Part shown: positions 14,261 to 27,963 of the stretch, one piece after another
Layout of the letters: every line of letters begins with the position of its first letter
Numbering within the stretch: position 1 is the first letter of the stretch
Assembly: GCF_009914755.1 (NCBI RefSeq)
Contig: NC_060929.1
Length of the DNA stretch: 64,000 nucleotides
Strand: one strand, 5' to 3'
DNA from: the human T2T-CHM13v2.0 reference genome, Homo sapiens
Notes under the pieces: generated by a model
What the model was told of the DNA's origin: nothing
The model's input: the letters and a program-made list of their open reading frames with translations, nothing else
Database searches by the model: none
Position numbers and translations under genes: made by a program

Positions 14261-15359
14261 TGGGGGGAGATGGGGTGGGGAGAGAGAGATCGGAAGAAGC
14301 AGATACCTTATCCTTTCAGATAACGTATCTTAGATGACGCGTAGCTGTATCCCAACCTGATGCAGGTCATAATGCCGCGAATTATAACTGATAGAATAAC
14401 TGGATGAAGCTTTTGGAGCCTTTGAGAGGAAGATGAGTGAAATAGCAGTAGAGGAAAATGAATGCTCTCCACTGTGGTAAGCTGTATTAGTTGTTCACTG
14501 TTCTTTGTTCCCTTCCTACTCTTGCCACATTTCCCTGCATGATGATTACATTTTTCTGACTTTGAGCTTAACTATACAACTTGATTCCTCAATAGTGTAT
14601 GAGTAGACATTTTTTCCCACACTTGTGCAGAGGCATTCAATACATTTGTGTGATTTTGTTCTGCATCGTTTTGTTTCTGCACCTGACCATGAGAACAGCA
14701 CATCCCAAATATGAGCAACTCTTTGAGCATGGGTCCAAGAAAAAGAGCTTATTTGAGGTAAGCAGAGCTCAGAAAAGCTGTAACTCATTGTCAATCTCAA
14801 AAGAAAAAGAATTGTGTTGTTGTAAGTAACTGAGATTTTGCTACCTCAGTAAAAATGTGATTTAAACAGCTAAATTAACCAGATAATCACTAGAGAACAA
14901 AGGCAAGATGGTGGTGTTATTTAGGTAGAGAGAAATTTACTTTTCAAAGTCTAAGACAATTAGTACTAGTCATCAAGAGGTCATAAAATATTGCCAAAGA
15001 AGAGTATTTGAATCTTGTTGTATGACTAGAAGCCATAAACAAAAGAAAAAAATCCAGAGTTTCATGTTTTTAAAGGGGCGAAAGGAATACTTTTAAAACT
15101 CACTGTGATTTGCGTGAGAGGAATGGGTAGTATCTCAACTGCAGGTTGTAATGGATACTGCAGCATTTGTGTGGGGAAACAGAGTCATCCTTTAAGGTTA
15201 AAATAGATCAATGGTTACACCTCAGAGAACAGGTCTGTGACTCTGCCACTGGGGGATTTTGAGAACTTCTTAAGAATCTACTTTGCAACTATACTATGAA
15301 TGCTGAAAGTATCATTTTTCCTCAAATGCATGAATATTCTCCTATTTCAAAACATTTTC

Positions 15360-18329
15360 CAGGCATACCTAATTTTATTTTGCTATACTTTATTGCACTT
15401 CACAGAACTTATTTTTTAAATTAATGCATAATAATTGTACATATTTATCAAGTACATATGATTTTTTAATGTGCATAGAATGTGCAATGATTAAGTCAGG
15501 GAATTTAGGGTATTCATCACCTCAAGTACATATCAGTTTTATGTGTTGGACATTTCAAGTCCTCTCTTCTAGTCATTTTAAAATACATAATACAGTGTTA
15601 TTAACTAGAGCCACTCTTCTCTGCTATCAAACATTAGAATCTATGCCTTCTATCTAACTATATGTTTGTACCCATTAACCAATCTCTCTTCATCTCCACC
15701 CCAACACACGTACCTTTCCCTTCCTCTGAAACCTATCATTCGACTCTCTACTTCCAAGAGTAGAGAGCTACTTTTTAGCTACTTTTTAGCTCCCGCCTAT
15801 GAATGAGAACATGCAATATTTGTCTTTCTGGCATGGCTTATTTCACTTAACATAGCCTCCAGTTCCATCCAGATGCCACTAGCCAGCCATCTTGAAGTCT
15901 CAGCCTGGCTCCTTCCTTATAAATTGAGAGTTTTTTACATCGAAGGTCGTGGCAACCTTGAGTTGAGCAACCCTATTGGTGCAATTTTTTCAACATCATG
16001 TACTCACTTTATATCTCTGTGTCATATTTTGGTAATTATCATGGTATTTCACACTTCTGCATTCAGCTGTTATTGTTATCAGTGATCTTTCATGTTAAAA
16101 TCATAATTTTTTATGACACCACGAAACTCTGGCGATGTAAGACAGCAAAATTATTGGTATCTGTTGTGTGTGTTTTTACTATTCCATGTACCAGCTGTTT
16201 CCTCATCTCTCTTGCTTTGGGCCTCCTTATTCCCTGAGACAAAATAATATTAAAACTAGACCAAATAATAACTGTACAAATGGACAGTAAGTGTTCAAGC
16301 AAGAAAAGAGACATACATCTGTCACTTTAAATCAAAAAATATAAATAAATAATTGATCTTACTGATAAAGACATGTTAAAAGCCAAGAGAAGTCCAAAGT
16401 TAGAACCATTGCGTCAGTTAGCCAAGTTGGGATGTGAAGGAAAAGCTATTGAGGGAAATTAGAAAAGCTACTTCAGTGAACACACAAATGATAAGAAAGC
16501 TAAACAACCTCTTTGCTGATATGCAAAAATTTTTAATTGTTTGGATGGAAGGTGAAACCATCCACAGCATTCCCATAAGCCAAAGCCTAATCTAGGGGAA
16601 GGCTCTAGGGAAGGCTCTAACTCTCTTCAATTCTATCAAGGCTGAGAAGTTGTTGAAGCAAAGCTTCAAGCTAGCAGAGGTTGGATCATGAAGTTTAAGA
16701 AAGAAAGCCATCTCCATAACCTAAATGTGCAAGGTGAAGCAACCACTGCTTATACAGAAGCTGCAGCAAGTTATTCAGAAGATCTAGTGAGGATCATTGA
16801 TGAAGGTGGCCACATTAATCAACAGATTTTTCAATGTAGAAAAAATTGTCTTCTATTAGAAGAAGAGGCCATTTAGGAAATTCATAGATAGAGGGAGAAG
16901 TATTTGGCTTCATACCTGCAAAGGGCAGGCTGACTCTTTTGTTAGGGGCTAATGGAACTGGCAGCTTTAAGATGAAGCTGTCTCATTAGCTATTCTGAAA
17001 ATCCTAGGATGCTTAAGACTTATCCTAAATCTACTTTGCCTGTGCACTATAAATAGAACAACAAAGCCTGGATGATAGCACATGTGTTTATAGCACAATT
17101 TACTACATATTTTTTCATCACTGTTGAGAACTACTGCTCAAAAATGATTTCCTTTAACATATTACTGCTCATTGACAATATATCTGGTCATCCAAGAGCT
17201 CTGATGAAGATTTACAGGATGATTAATGTTGTATTTATGCCTCCCAAAACAACATATATTCTAAAGCCCATGGATCAAGGAATAATTTTGACTTTCAAGT
17301 CTCATTTAAGAAATATTTTTTTGTTAGGCTATAGCTGCCATTAACAGTGAGTCCTCTAATGGGCCCAGGTGATAAAAATTTAAAATCTGGAAATAGTTCG
17401 TCATTCTGGATGCCATTTAGAAAATTAGTGATTTATGGCAAGCAATCAAAATGTCAATGTTAGCAGGAGTTTTAAAGATGATTCCAACCCTCGTGGAAAA
17501 TTTTGAGGGTTCAAGACTTCAGTGGAGAAAGTAACTGCAGATGTAATGGAAATAGCAAGATAACTTAGAATTAGAGGTGGTGCCTGAACATGTTACTGAA
17601 TTACTACAATCTTGTGATGAAACAAAGAGATGAGAAGTTGCTTCTATAGATGAGTAAAGGAAGTGGTTTCTTGAGATAAAATCTACTCTTGGTGAAGATA
17701 TTTTGAACATTATTGAAATGAAAATAACTGATTTAGAATATTACATAAACTTAGTTGTAAAGCAGGAGCAAGGTAAGAGAAGATTTACTCTAATTTTGAA
17801 AGTTTTGTTGTGGGTAAAATGCTATCAAACAACATCACATGCTACAGAAAAGTCATTTGTAGAAAGAAAAGTGAGTTGATGCAGCAATATTTATTGTTGT
17901 ATTTTAAGAAATTGCCACAGCCAACCCAACCATCAGCAACCATCATTCTGATCCATTAGCAGATATCAACACCAAGGCAAGATCTTCCACCAGCAAAAAG
18001 ATTAGGACTCACTGAAGGCTTATATAATCACTAGTGTTTTATTGCAGTAAAGTATTTTTTTTAATTTAAGGTGTATACCTTACTTTTATAGACATAATGG
18101 TATTATACACTTAGTAGACTATGCTATAGTGTAAATGTAACTTTTATATGCACTAGGAAGAAAAAACTTTGTGTGACTCACTTCACTGCAATATTTGCTT
18201 TATTGTGACGGTTTGAAGCTGAACCCCCAATATCCCTGACTACCCTGATATCCCTGAACCCTGAACCCCCTGATATCCCTGAACCCCCAATATCCCTGAC
18301 TACTCCAACATCCTTGACTACTATCCCTG
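15360..18329 (+). mobile_element. Tigger1 (TcMar) DNA transposon, near full length, decayed transposase
   Basis: Left TIR CAGGCATACCT; right end ...TATCCCTG followed by TA. ORF fragments MKFKKESHLHNLNVQGEA (16688-16876) and [12 protein letters not shown]...KPMDQGII (17072-17344) match the Tigger/CENP-B-type DDE transposase. Confidence 0.93.
15412..15905 (-). mobile_element. L1MA-type element inserted in Tigger1 (3' end plus a probable short 5'-end piece)
   Basis: L1MA 3' UTR and ORF2 end (ATAATAATTGTACATATTTAT...GCCTCCAGTTCCATCCA), then the reverse complement of GAGACTTCAAGATGGCT. Confidence 0.85.
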
Positions 18330-19848
18330 TATCTACCCACCAAACTTCGACTACTCTATAGTCTAACCTCTAAAGCTACCAGTACTTTTATCCCTAGGGA
18401 TATATTAGTGTCATTGAAAAGATGAGGCATACTCAATCTGAAAAGTCAGGGAGATATTTCTATCTCACTTGCCTTAGTGTTCCACTGTTTTAAGGCATTT
18501 TGCCTTTAGTTTCACAGAGATTGTTGAAAAAAGTTTAAACTTTTTTTTGTCTTTTCTTTTTATTTTTTCATCCTATGTAAAAATCAGTAGAGAGTTCGGC
18601 TAAAATGTAATTATAAATCAGAGCCAACTTTTTGCTGCACAGCCCCCTTTTTTGAAATCTCAGGGAAATTTCATTAGATTAAGTTTTGCACACAGATTCT
18701 GTTTTTAACAAACTTTCTCACAAAGTTCTTTAGTCATAATAACCTGGGAGGCTTATGTGCTGTATTTTAGAATGTTTCAGCCTTTTGTAATCCTACTGTG
18801 AGAACAATTACCTATAAAATACATTTTAAATAAAAAAGATGAGTAGTGGATAAGGAATTATGAACAGAATGAAGTGGTTAGATAGAATATCAGCCATGGA
18901 AAGAATGTTCGTAAGGACAAAGTATTTGTTTGTTTGCGGATAAAGATAAGAAAATCTTGGGTGAATGTGTTAAAATTAGAAAAGAAAGACATTGACTTGA
19001 CTGTCCTTGACATCACTGATTGTTGGGAGGAGAGTTCTTGTGGGATTAGAAACCTGCAACACCGATAAGACACAGTCCATTCTGTATCCAAACTGAATGT
19101 AGTGACAAGCTGAGCTGATGTCCTTGAAACTGAGCTTTCCTCAGAGTATTAACAAGTAGAACTAAGCTGTATCCAGAAAAGGTGACCTCATGGGACATGG
19201 AAGTGTGTCACAGACTCTGACAGAGATGATGCAAAAACGTCTTCAACTCAATGGACACTGAAAATACTGGGAAGAATAAGTAGTCCATGATAATGTAACA
19301 ATAAACTTTAATGTTTTGATAGGAACAAGGCTAACTTGCCATGGAAGAAAGAATTAGAAAATGATGACAAAGTAAATACAAATCTTTAATAAAATGTGGT
19401 TGAATACAGCTTCCTTTGCTATGCAAGTGTCTGTGTGATAGCCAATTATAATTCCTTAAAATGTATTACTTTATTTTAATAAATTACTCCAATGATGAAA
19501 AAGCCTACTTAGAAATTACCTTGTTGTATATTAAAATAAAAAAGCAAATCTTAGTCTGTTAACAGAAAGATTTAGGTAATATTTAAAGTATTTAAACTTC
19601 TATATATTTCAAACTAATAACTAGTTTTTATTTACCATGATTATATTTTAATATAAAGATAGGTTCATTAAAATATTAAACCTTGAATATTTTAGAATAA
19701 AGTGTTTGAGGAGGTGACTTACTGTTATTGGAAACTGATATTTATTTTTCCTTGCATTTTTTATTAAAATATAAAATAATTATACTACACAGTACAAGTT
19801 GCTTTAATCTTTGAAAATTATATATACATTTAAAATATATTTTAAAAG

Positions 19849-20400
19849 ATTTATTGAGATATAATTTTTATAATATAAAATTCACCTGTTTTGAGTATAC
19901 GATTCAATGATTTTTTGTATATTTTCCGTTGTTCAATCATTAATTCATTCTAATTCAGAACATTTTTGTCATCCCAAAAATGAATTTTATGCTGATTAAT
20001 AATCATGTCCTTCCCCCACATCACTCCTTCAACTCCTGAAAATCATGCCTTTATATTCTGCTTCTGTAGATTTGTCAATTCTAGTAATTTTATACAAATA
20101 GGATCATATGGTATGTTGTCTTCAGTGACTCTTTTCACATACCTCATAGTTGTAGCATGCATACATCCTTCACTCATTTTTATTGCTAAATAGTAGCCTA
20201 TTGTGTGAAAACATTACATTTTATGTCTTTATTCATCAATTGGTGGATAGCTGGGCTATTTCTATTTCTTGACAATTACAAATAACGCTGCTATGAGCAA
20301 TTGTGTAAAAGTTCTGTGTAGATATATGTTTTAATTTCTCTTGGGTAGATATCTATGAGTGAAATTGCTGTTTCATATTATTATCTCTATATTTAACAAA
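19849..20400 (-). mobile_element. Old L1 (L1MB-ME) 3' fragment
   Basis: TTTATTGAGATATAAT...CTGCTATGAGCAATTGTGT...TTTCTCTTGGGTAGATATCTA. Confidence 0.8.
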
Positions 20401-21399
20401 AATATATCCTTATGAGTGAATTTGCTTTCTGTAAAACTACAGAAAAGGAAAACTACTCTTCCGAAACTTATGCAGAATAATTTTTAAGAAACTTTATAAT
20501 GTAAACATTTTTAATCATCCATAATAATAATGATCTACTTTTGAAATTAAAATAAAATAAAAAACTCAGAAACTCTGATTTTCAAATTTTAAGATGGTGG
20601 CTTCTGACAAACACATTTTTGTCAAAATAGCATTTGTACTTACTTCAGTTTCTCTGAAAACCTAAATGACAAAAATGATCACGTAAGGTAGTAATTTTGA
20701 AATTTTTTGGCTGAGTGGCCATGAGTCTATTGGCACCCAACAGTGAGGAAAATTATTTATAAACAGCCATATTATGTGCTAGACCAAAGTTCTGTATTGC
20801 CTCAAGCTTTAAAAAGTATTGCAAAAATGTTGTGACTAAAATTATATATTCTTGAACACTTCTTACCAAATTCAGTTTCAAAGTTTGCTTTTACTTTCTC
20901 TCATTATATTTATACTACTGTTTTTGTAAATTATTCTGATTTCTTAAAGAGTCTCTTGAATTAATATATACATCAACAAAGCCTACACTTCTAAAAATAC
21001 TCATAAATTTAAGGGCATTTTAAAGTAAATCTCTTAAAACTAGAAGCTTTAAAATAATTTCGCTTTTTTACTGAAAAGTATAATTTCACTACAAACTATA
21101 ATTTTTATGTAGTTGTGTTATAAATAAGAAGTATAACTGCACTCTTACCAGAGTCCAAAGCAGTGATTAAATAACCACAAATTAAGGCAACTACAAATAG
21201 ATACTGGTTACTGACTTCGATCAATTAATTTTTCAAAGGTCAGATCTCCCTTTAAAGTTTTCCCTTTTTAATTTCAGTAAACTAATGTGACCCTAGTAAT
21301 AGGAAGAGAGAAAAATAATATTTATTTAATTTCTCCACATTTGTTACATTAAAATACTTTATTGTTATTATGAAAACCAATCTCATAAAGTTATATTCA

Positions 21400-21950
21400 A
21401 CATTAGCCCAGTTTTCCAACTGAGTTAATACTTGTGACAGGGAAATATTACCTTCCTTACATAATGCCACAGAACTGTGAACCAATAGAGTTGACATTTT
21501 AACCCAGAATGCTCTAACACCAAAGCTTCTATACTCTTTTCACCACACCAGGGATCCTCTCAATTGAATTTATCTATGTAGTCAACATATGTTGAGTGCA
21601 CAGTTTTCTACTAGGTGACAGGTTTACAAAATACAATAGCACCCAGTTTCTGCTAAGAAAAGATTACAGTCAACTGGGTGGGAAGGAAGTAATTATTAAA
21701 TTTAATTACAATAGAGAATGGCAAGTGCTAAATTTTAGTCATGTATGCATGGGATAAAAGATGTAAATGACTACAGTTAGCTTTTAGAGAGAAAAGTTTG
21801 AGGGGCATTCTTTTTGTAGAAACTGATGAGTGAAAATAAAAATTAAGAATGGCAGATATTCACACAGAAGAACTTTAGAGGAAAGCCTGGAGGAAATAAA
21901 CAGTATAATGTATACAGAACAATGATAGGAAGTTCAGAATCAAGGGTCCA
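21400..21950 (-). mobile_element. MIR fragment followed by L2 3' fragment
   Basis: TTTTAACCCAG...CACCAAAGC...CACCACACCA is MIR-like; TCAACATATGTTGAGTGC is L2-tail-like. Confidence 0.45.
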
Positions 21951-23736
21951 TGCATTGTAATATAATTAATTTTAATTATAGATATTATGCTCCTTTTTAC
22001 TCATCATTTTTATTGTTTCCTAACATGAGCACACACACACAAGCACACACAAATAAAACCTGCATTCTAAAACAGGTATTTTAATCTTACATGGATGAGC
22101 ATGGGAATGTCGGAATAAGGAATGCCTTAAAACTATTTTCTGAATGTATATTTTATTTCCTTTGAAAATGGTGCATAAGATTCCCAGAGGTGCTTGTGAC
22201 CCAGCTATGACCCAGCCTTCCGATTCTACTTTGAGGAATCCACAAACTAAGTTGGTTTATATATTTATCTATTCATATACACATATATATGTATATTTAG
22301 AGCATATAGATTCAAGTATGTGTAAACACCTGAAAATTATAAAATAGTTTACTGTAAAATTATTTTTTGCCTTAAAAAAATGCTTTTACTTTAGGGAATG
22401 CTAAATTCTTCCAACTTGCTTTTTCTTTCTCTTTGTTGGAATCTGGTAGTTCTACTCGACTGTCACTGAGATTGCAGTAATTAGCCTTCTTTTATTGCAG
22501 AACAGATGTTCTAAGTGCTGGGCTCATTCAACATGGGTTGGGATTGAGATATCACAGCTGTTATAGTTTAATTCTGGTTGGGTCAGAAGGCTTTATCATT
22601 ATCCATTCAAAATATTGGTAAAATGTAATAAAAATACATATTTCCAATTAAGTTTCACTTAATTGAGTTTTAGTCAGTCAATCCCTCAATGTCACCAATG
22701 GTAGCATGGGCTGTAGTTTGACAAGTCAATAATCATTTTAATGGTCACAGTCTGAAGAGTTCTATTTGTATAAATAATTATCATTACTGATTGATTTTTA
22801 TTATAATACTGAGAGCAGCTGATTGAAAACAGAAGGAAAAAATCTGTATTACTATCTGATTTCCAGAAAATAGACACTTTGAGAACCTTTTTATATAACC
22901 AAATTTTTCTGAATTATTTCTAATACCCATAAAAATAATATAATATTTTGATTTCTGAAAATCTGCATTGTTCTCACACCACTATTCAACTTTCTAAATC
23001 AGAGAAAATACTACATTTAATTTTGTGGAGTAACAGATTCAATTCCAACTAGCTGAATAGGACTGTTTATATGAGGATCTTCCACAACTGATTAATTTTC
23101 ATCTCTAAACAAAAGTAATAGCCAACTGCTTTGACTTAGGTCATCCCCAACCTAGGTACATTAATGCAATCCGATTTAGTCATTAGGACTGTTAAATTAA
23201 TTGAATTGACTTTGCAATTTTATGGTTATTTCAGTCTTAACCACTGAATCAGATCTTATCTGAATTGTCTCAATCAATTTGTGACAAACGGCTATTACCA
23301 TAGCCAAAGGAACAATTCTGCATCTATTAAGGGAGGGTCATCTTGATCATTGTAAAAACATTTTAGCTAGGCAGCACTAGCTTAGTATATCTGTTTATAT
23401 AATAGAAATATGAAATACATAATTTAATGATTTCCCCTATAAGGCAAGATAGTAGATACAACTGGGTTAAATTTTCTATGAGCCCATTTGAGTGTAACAT
23501 TTGAATATTGTTCATGTTGGCAGTAACAGTGAGGGTCACTTGGTAAGAAACATTGTTACCCTCTATGAAGTAAACTACTAAAAACATTCTAAATTGTCCA
23601 GGTATGAGTGGTGGGATTGTAGCAGGATTGCTTGGGACACATTCTAAAATGCCTGCCCTCTCTTTAGCCTCTCCCTTTGCCACACATTTGACAGTTCTCC
23701 AAGCTATACTGGAATATTGGACACTTATTGTGACAG

Positions 23737-23853
23737 ATATTAGTTGGCTTGTATATGCCCCAAATTCATCTTGTGTATGAGTCCATTCTCACACTGCTAA
23801 TAAAAACATACTTATGACTGGGTAATTTATAAAGTAAAAAGATTTAATTGAGT
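23737..23853. mobile_element. THE1 LTR scraps: ~37-bp 5' end (+, 23737-23773) abutting ~80-bp 3' end (-, 23775-23853)
   Basis: GATATTAGTTGGCTTG...CCCAAATTCATCTTG, then TGTATGAGTCCATTCTCACACTGCTAATAAA...TTTAATTGA. Confidence 0.7.
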
Positions 23854-25211
23854 CTGGGAAGGCTTAAAGCTGGAGCTTGTACTAGGGCCTGCTTTAAGGT
23901 TTTGAAGGCTGTTTCAGCCCCTGGTTCCCATTCTACTAGATGAGTATTTGCCTTCTGGGTCTCCATGATTAGAGTGTATAGTGGTCTGGCCATCTCGCTG
24001 TATCCAGGAATCCATAGTCAGCAAAAGCCGGTGATTCCAAGGAACCCCCACAACTGTTTTAATGTCTTAGGGTGAGGATAAGCCAGTATAGGCTGTATTC
24101 ATTCCTTGCTGAGGGCCCTGGTTCCTCTGGCTAAGATTAGGCCTAGATATTTGACGTGCTGTAGGCAAAGCTGGGCATTTGACCTAGACACCTTGTACCC
24201 TTGATTAGCTAGAAAGTTCAAGAGATCTAAAAATAGCCTGCTGGCATGAGGCTTCCGAACTGCTATCCAAAAGCAAATCATCCACATATTGAAGGACCAG
24301 AGTGCCTGGACTTGAGAAGTGGCCTAGATCTTGGGCCAGTGCCTGACCAAACATATGGGGGCTATCCCTAAACCCTTGGGGCAACACGTTCCACGTAAGT
24401 TGGGACATGTGGTCTGTGGGATCCTCAAAGGCAACGAGAAACTGGGAGTCAGAGTGCAGGGGAATACAGAAAAAGGCATCCTTGAGGTCCAGAACCATGA
24501 ACCACTCTGCTTCCTCTGGTATTTGAGAGAGCAGGGTATAGGGGTTGGGTACAACTGGATATAGAGGAATTACTGCCTCATTGATGAGTCTCAGATCTTG
24601 CACTAGTCTCCACTGACCATTCGGTTTTTGTACTCCTAGAATTGGGGTGTTGCAGGGATTGCTGCATTTCCTTATTAAGCCTTGAGCTTTTAGTTGTTTA
24701 ACAATATCCTGTAATCCTTTATGAACTTCAGGCCTTAAGGGATATTGCCTTTGATAAGGAAAAGTGGTGACATCTTTTAACTGGGCAGGCATTTTTTGCC
24801 CTTCCAAATTGTCCTTCCAATGCCCAGACTTCAGGGTTGATTCCCTCCTCAAGTAGGGGACAACAAATTGGTAACTTATTCCCCACATTCATGTAGATAA
24901 TAGCTCCAGCATTGGCTACTAAATCTCTCCCTAATAAGGGTGTGGGACTTTCAGGCATAACGAGAAAGGCAAGTGAAAAGAGCAAAGTCTCCCAATTACA
25001 ACTGAGGAGGTGGGAGAAATACCTGGTTACAGGCTGTCCCAGGATTCCTCAGATGGTAACGGACTTTGAGGATGGTTGTCCATGACAGGAGATTAACACT
25101 GAGAAGGCCCACCAGTGCACAGGAGGAAGTCAATTTCCTGGCCCTCAATGGTTAAGCGTACCCGGGGCTCAATGAGGATGATGACATGAGCTGGTGCTTG
25201 CCCCAGGCACC
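23854..25211 (-). pseudogene. HERV9 pro-pol remnant (protease and reverse transcriptase), frameshifted and truncated
   Basis: ORF 24205-24888 contains WRLVQDLR, LDLKDAFF, LPQGFRDSP and YVDD. ORF 24728-24985 has PTPLLGRD. The protease DTG motif reads CTG (IDFLLCTG). Confidence 0.92.
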
Positions 25212-26644
25212 CTCAGTCCTGTTGTTGGATCATCCGGTTGGGGGCTTCTGGCTCAGAGAACCATTGCACTCTGGGGCAGTGCACCTTACAGTGATTGCCT
25301 TGGCATAGTGGACATGGGCGAGGGGATGGCTTGTTTCTCATTGGACAATCTTTTTTAAAGAGTCCCTGTAAACTACACTGATAACAAGCCTTACTGGGTG
25401 ATTTTCTGTCCTTTCTGAACCACCAAGGTTTGTTTGTCTGACGGCCATGACTAAGGCTGCAGCCTTTCTCTGACCTCGCTTTTCCTTTTTGGCCTGTTCC
25501 TCTTGGTCCCTATTATAGAACACAGAGGTTGCTAGGTCTAATAGTGCCTCCAGATTTTGTTCAGGGCCCAGGGCTCACTTTTGGAGCTTTCTCCTGATAT
25601 CTGCAGCTGATTGGGTAATAAGCTTATCTCTTAGGATCAATTGACCCTCTAGTGAGTGGGGTGACAGGGGAGTATATTTTCTTAAGGCCTCCCATAGCCA
25701 CTCAAGGAAGGCAGAAGGATTTTCTTCCTTTCCCTGAGTTATGGTGGACATCTTTGAATAATTCATGGGCTTTTTCCTAATTCTCCTTAGTCCTTCCAGA
25801 ACACAGGTCAACAGATATTTACGACTCCAGTCCCCATGATCCAAGTTGAGGTCCCAGTGGGAATCCATACTGGAGAAGGCTTGCTGACCCATAGGGAATT
25901 TGGCCCTTTCTTCGGCTGTCATTCTATCATTTATTTGACTAAGATACCAGGTATCTCCAAACTCTGGGGCTGCAGCTAAAGCTGCATTCTTTTCATTAAA
26001 GGCCAGGGTTTGATCTAACAATAGCATGACATCTCTCCAAGTGAGAGAGAAGGTTTGCCCTAGGCCCTGTAGGACATCTATGTACCTATCAGGATCATCT
26101 GAAAACTTCCCCAGGCCTGCCTTGATCTGCCTTAAATCAGAGAGGGAGAAGGGGACACGTACCCGGGTTGGGCCAAATTCCCCTCCTCCTACAGCTTGAA
26201 AGGGACATAACTGATAGCATGGGAGTTTTTGTGGTCCTTTGGAGATTTCTTTGCTTATTTCCTTCTGAGTGGGGGAGATTGGAAGAGGCTTAGTAATAGG
26301 AAGGGGAGCTATAGGGAGGCTAGGATATGGAGGTAAGCTGAGAAGTACTCCTGTGGGTTGTAAATTGCAAGCTTTGCATAGTTGCGTATTCTCCTTCAAT
26401 GAAAAGAAAGCTTGGACATAAGGTATTTCACTCCATTTGCCTTCCCTCTAACAGAAAAGGTCAAGCTGCAGGATAGTATTGTAATTTGTACTTCCCTCAG
26501 GTGGCCATTTTTCGAATATTGGGGCCCAGCCATAGTGCAGAAAAAAATGAACCACCTCTTTTTCAGGGTTTGCGGGTCAGATTGTTCCCAGTGGCTTAGG
26601 ATGCATTTCAAAGGTGAGCCTGTTGATGCCTGAGTGTTTCCCAT
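25212..26644 (-). pseudogene. HERV9 gag remnant, frameshifted
   Basis: MGNTQASTGSPLKCILSHW start at 26644. ORF 25575-26399 has capsid PFSLSDL and MHR-like [12 protein letters not shown]. Zn-knuckle CPLCQGNHCKVHC lies near 25275-25313, with a TGA before pro. Confidence 0.92.
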
Positions 26645-26690
26645 CTGAAGGCAAAACCACCCACAGTTTTGGTTTATTTGTTTCTCTCCC

Positions 26691-27087
26691 TGCCCAAGAA
26701 CCCGCAACAGTCCGTGGACCCTGTTGATCGGAATAGTTGCACTCACCAATGCAGCAGTAAAAACACCTCTTACCCAAGAACCCACAATGGTCCCTGGACC
26801 CTGCTGATCAGAATAGTTGCACTCACTGACACAGCAGCAGAAACACCTCTTGCCCAAGAACCTGAAATGGTCCCTGTACCCTGCTGATTGGAAAAGTTGC
26901 TCTCACCGACGCAACAGCAGAAACACTAGTTTTCCTCCTAGACCACAAGGAGGACCAAGGAGTGTCAAATTTAGTGGCCCTTACTGATGCATTCTCGAAA
27001 ACCTGCATCCTTACCTGTCCTAGACCACAAAGAGGACTGAGAAAAATCAGATTTAGTGGCCCTTACTGATGCATCCTTGAAAACCTG
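26691..27087 (-). repeat. Tandem repeats in the HERV9 leader: 3 x 80 bp and 2 x ~82 bp
   Basis: T(G/A)CCCAAGAACC units start at 26691, 26771 and 26851. CCTAGACCACAA...GAAAACCTG units start at 26937 and 27019. Confidence 0.9.
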
Positions 27088-27942
27088 TTAGAGTCCTAAG
27101 CATTCTTCTGTTAGTACTGGGACTTTACCTGTGTCCTATAAAGATGTTATGCCCCAAAAATGAAGTGGAGGGCCATACCCTGAGGGAGTGGAGGGATCTC
27201 CAGAGTTGGAAGAGTGATGCCTTTTGTCCTCACTTATATGAATAGGAAGGATACAATTTCTGAGGCTCCCTACATCCTAGGTTCAGGAATAGGTTTTGTT
27301 AGGCCTGCTTGTCTGAGGAGGGATCCTAAAATTCCAGATGGTGCCCCCTACAATGGGGCTTTGGGCAAAAATTATGTCTTTCTGATCGGTGAGCTCAGAT
27401 GTCTAAAGAAGGGAATAGAGTCCTGGATTTTATACTAGAAATCATTCTTATAGGAGAAACTAGAAAAGCACCAGAGACGGAGTGGTTTTTAGAACCAGGA
27501 CTAGCCTCAGAGAAGAGAGGTGAGAGGAAGTTTTTCTGACAAGCATTAGGACCCAGGAGGCAAGGGTCAGGACAGATAGGATAGATGGGCGAGTCTCACT
27601 TGGGTGACATGACTTTGAGGTTCTGCTCATGGCTGCAGGGTCAACCAACTTGTCGGGACCCCGGATCTGAATGGCTTTCCTCTCTGTCGACCTCAGCTCA
27701 GCCCAGAAGTACAGGAAAAGAGGAAGCTGGTTCCAGGCAAACCAATGCTCCCAACTCCAAAGAGTCGGGGGTTGTTAGAGAGTCTTCCCAGAAAGCCTGA
27801 CACCCGTGTGTTTAGCCTGGCAGCCATGCTAGTCGCTTTTAACTGGCCAACAGTTGCCCGGTATTTAGCCCCTGAGTTCTAAGGAGAAATAAGACAGAAT
27901 AGCAAGCAAAAGGGGTCCTATGGTACTCACCGCTTGGTGATA

Positions 27943-27960
27943 ATCCCTTCATGGTTGCCA
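27943..27960 (-). other. Primer-binding site (tRNA-Arg)
   Basis: The - strand reads TGGCAACCATGAAGGGAT, 3 nt after the LTR, complementary to a tRNA-Arg 3' end as expected for ERV9. A splice donor GCG|GTGAGT follows at ~27930. Confidence 0.85.
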
Positions 27961-27963
27961 AAA

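Noticed and set aside
16688-17344. TIGD/CENP-B-like gene
   Set aside because: Short broken pieces inside a TIR-bounded Tigger1 fossil.
24205-26399. 227-aa RT and 274-aa Gag ORFs as possible domesticated genes
   Set aside because: They are frameshift-bounded fragments with CpG decay, a mutated protease DTG and truncated pol. Their lengths are typical for decaying HERV9.
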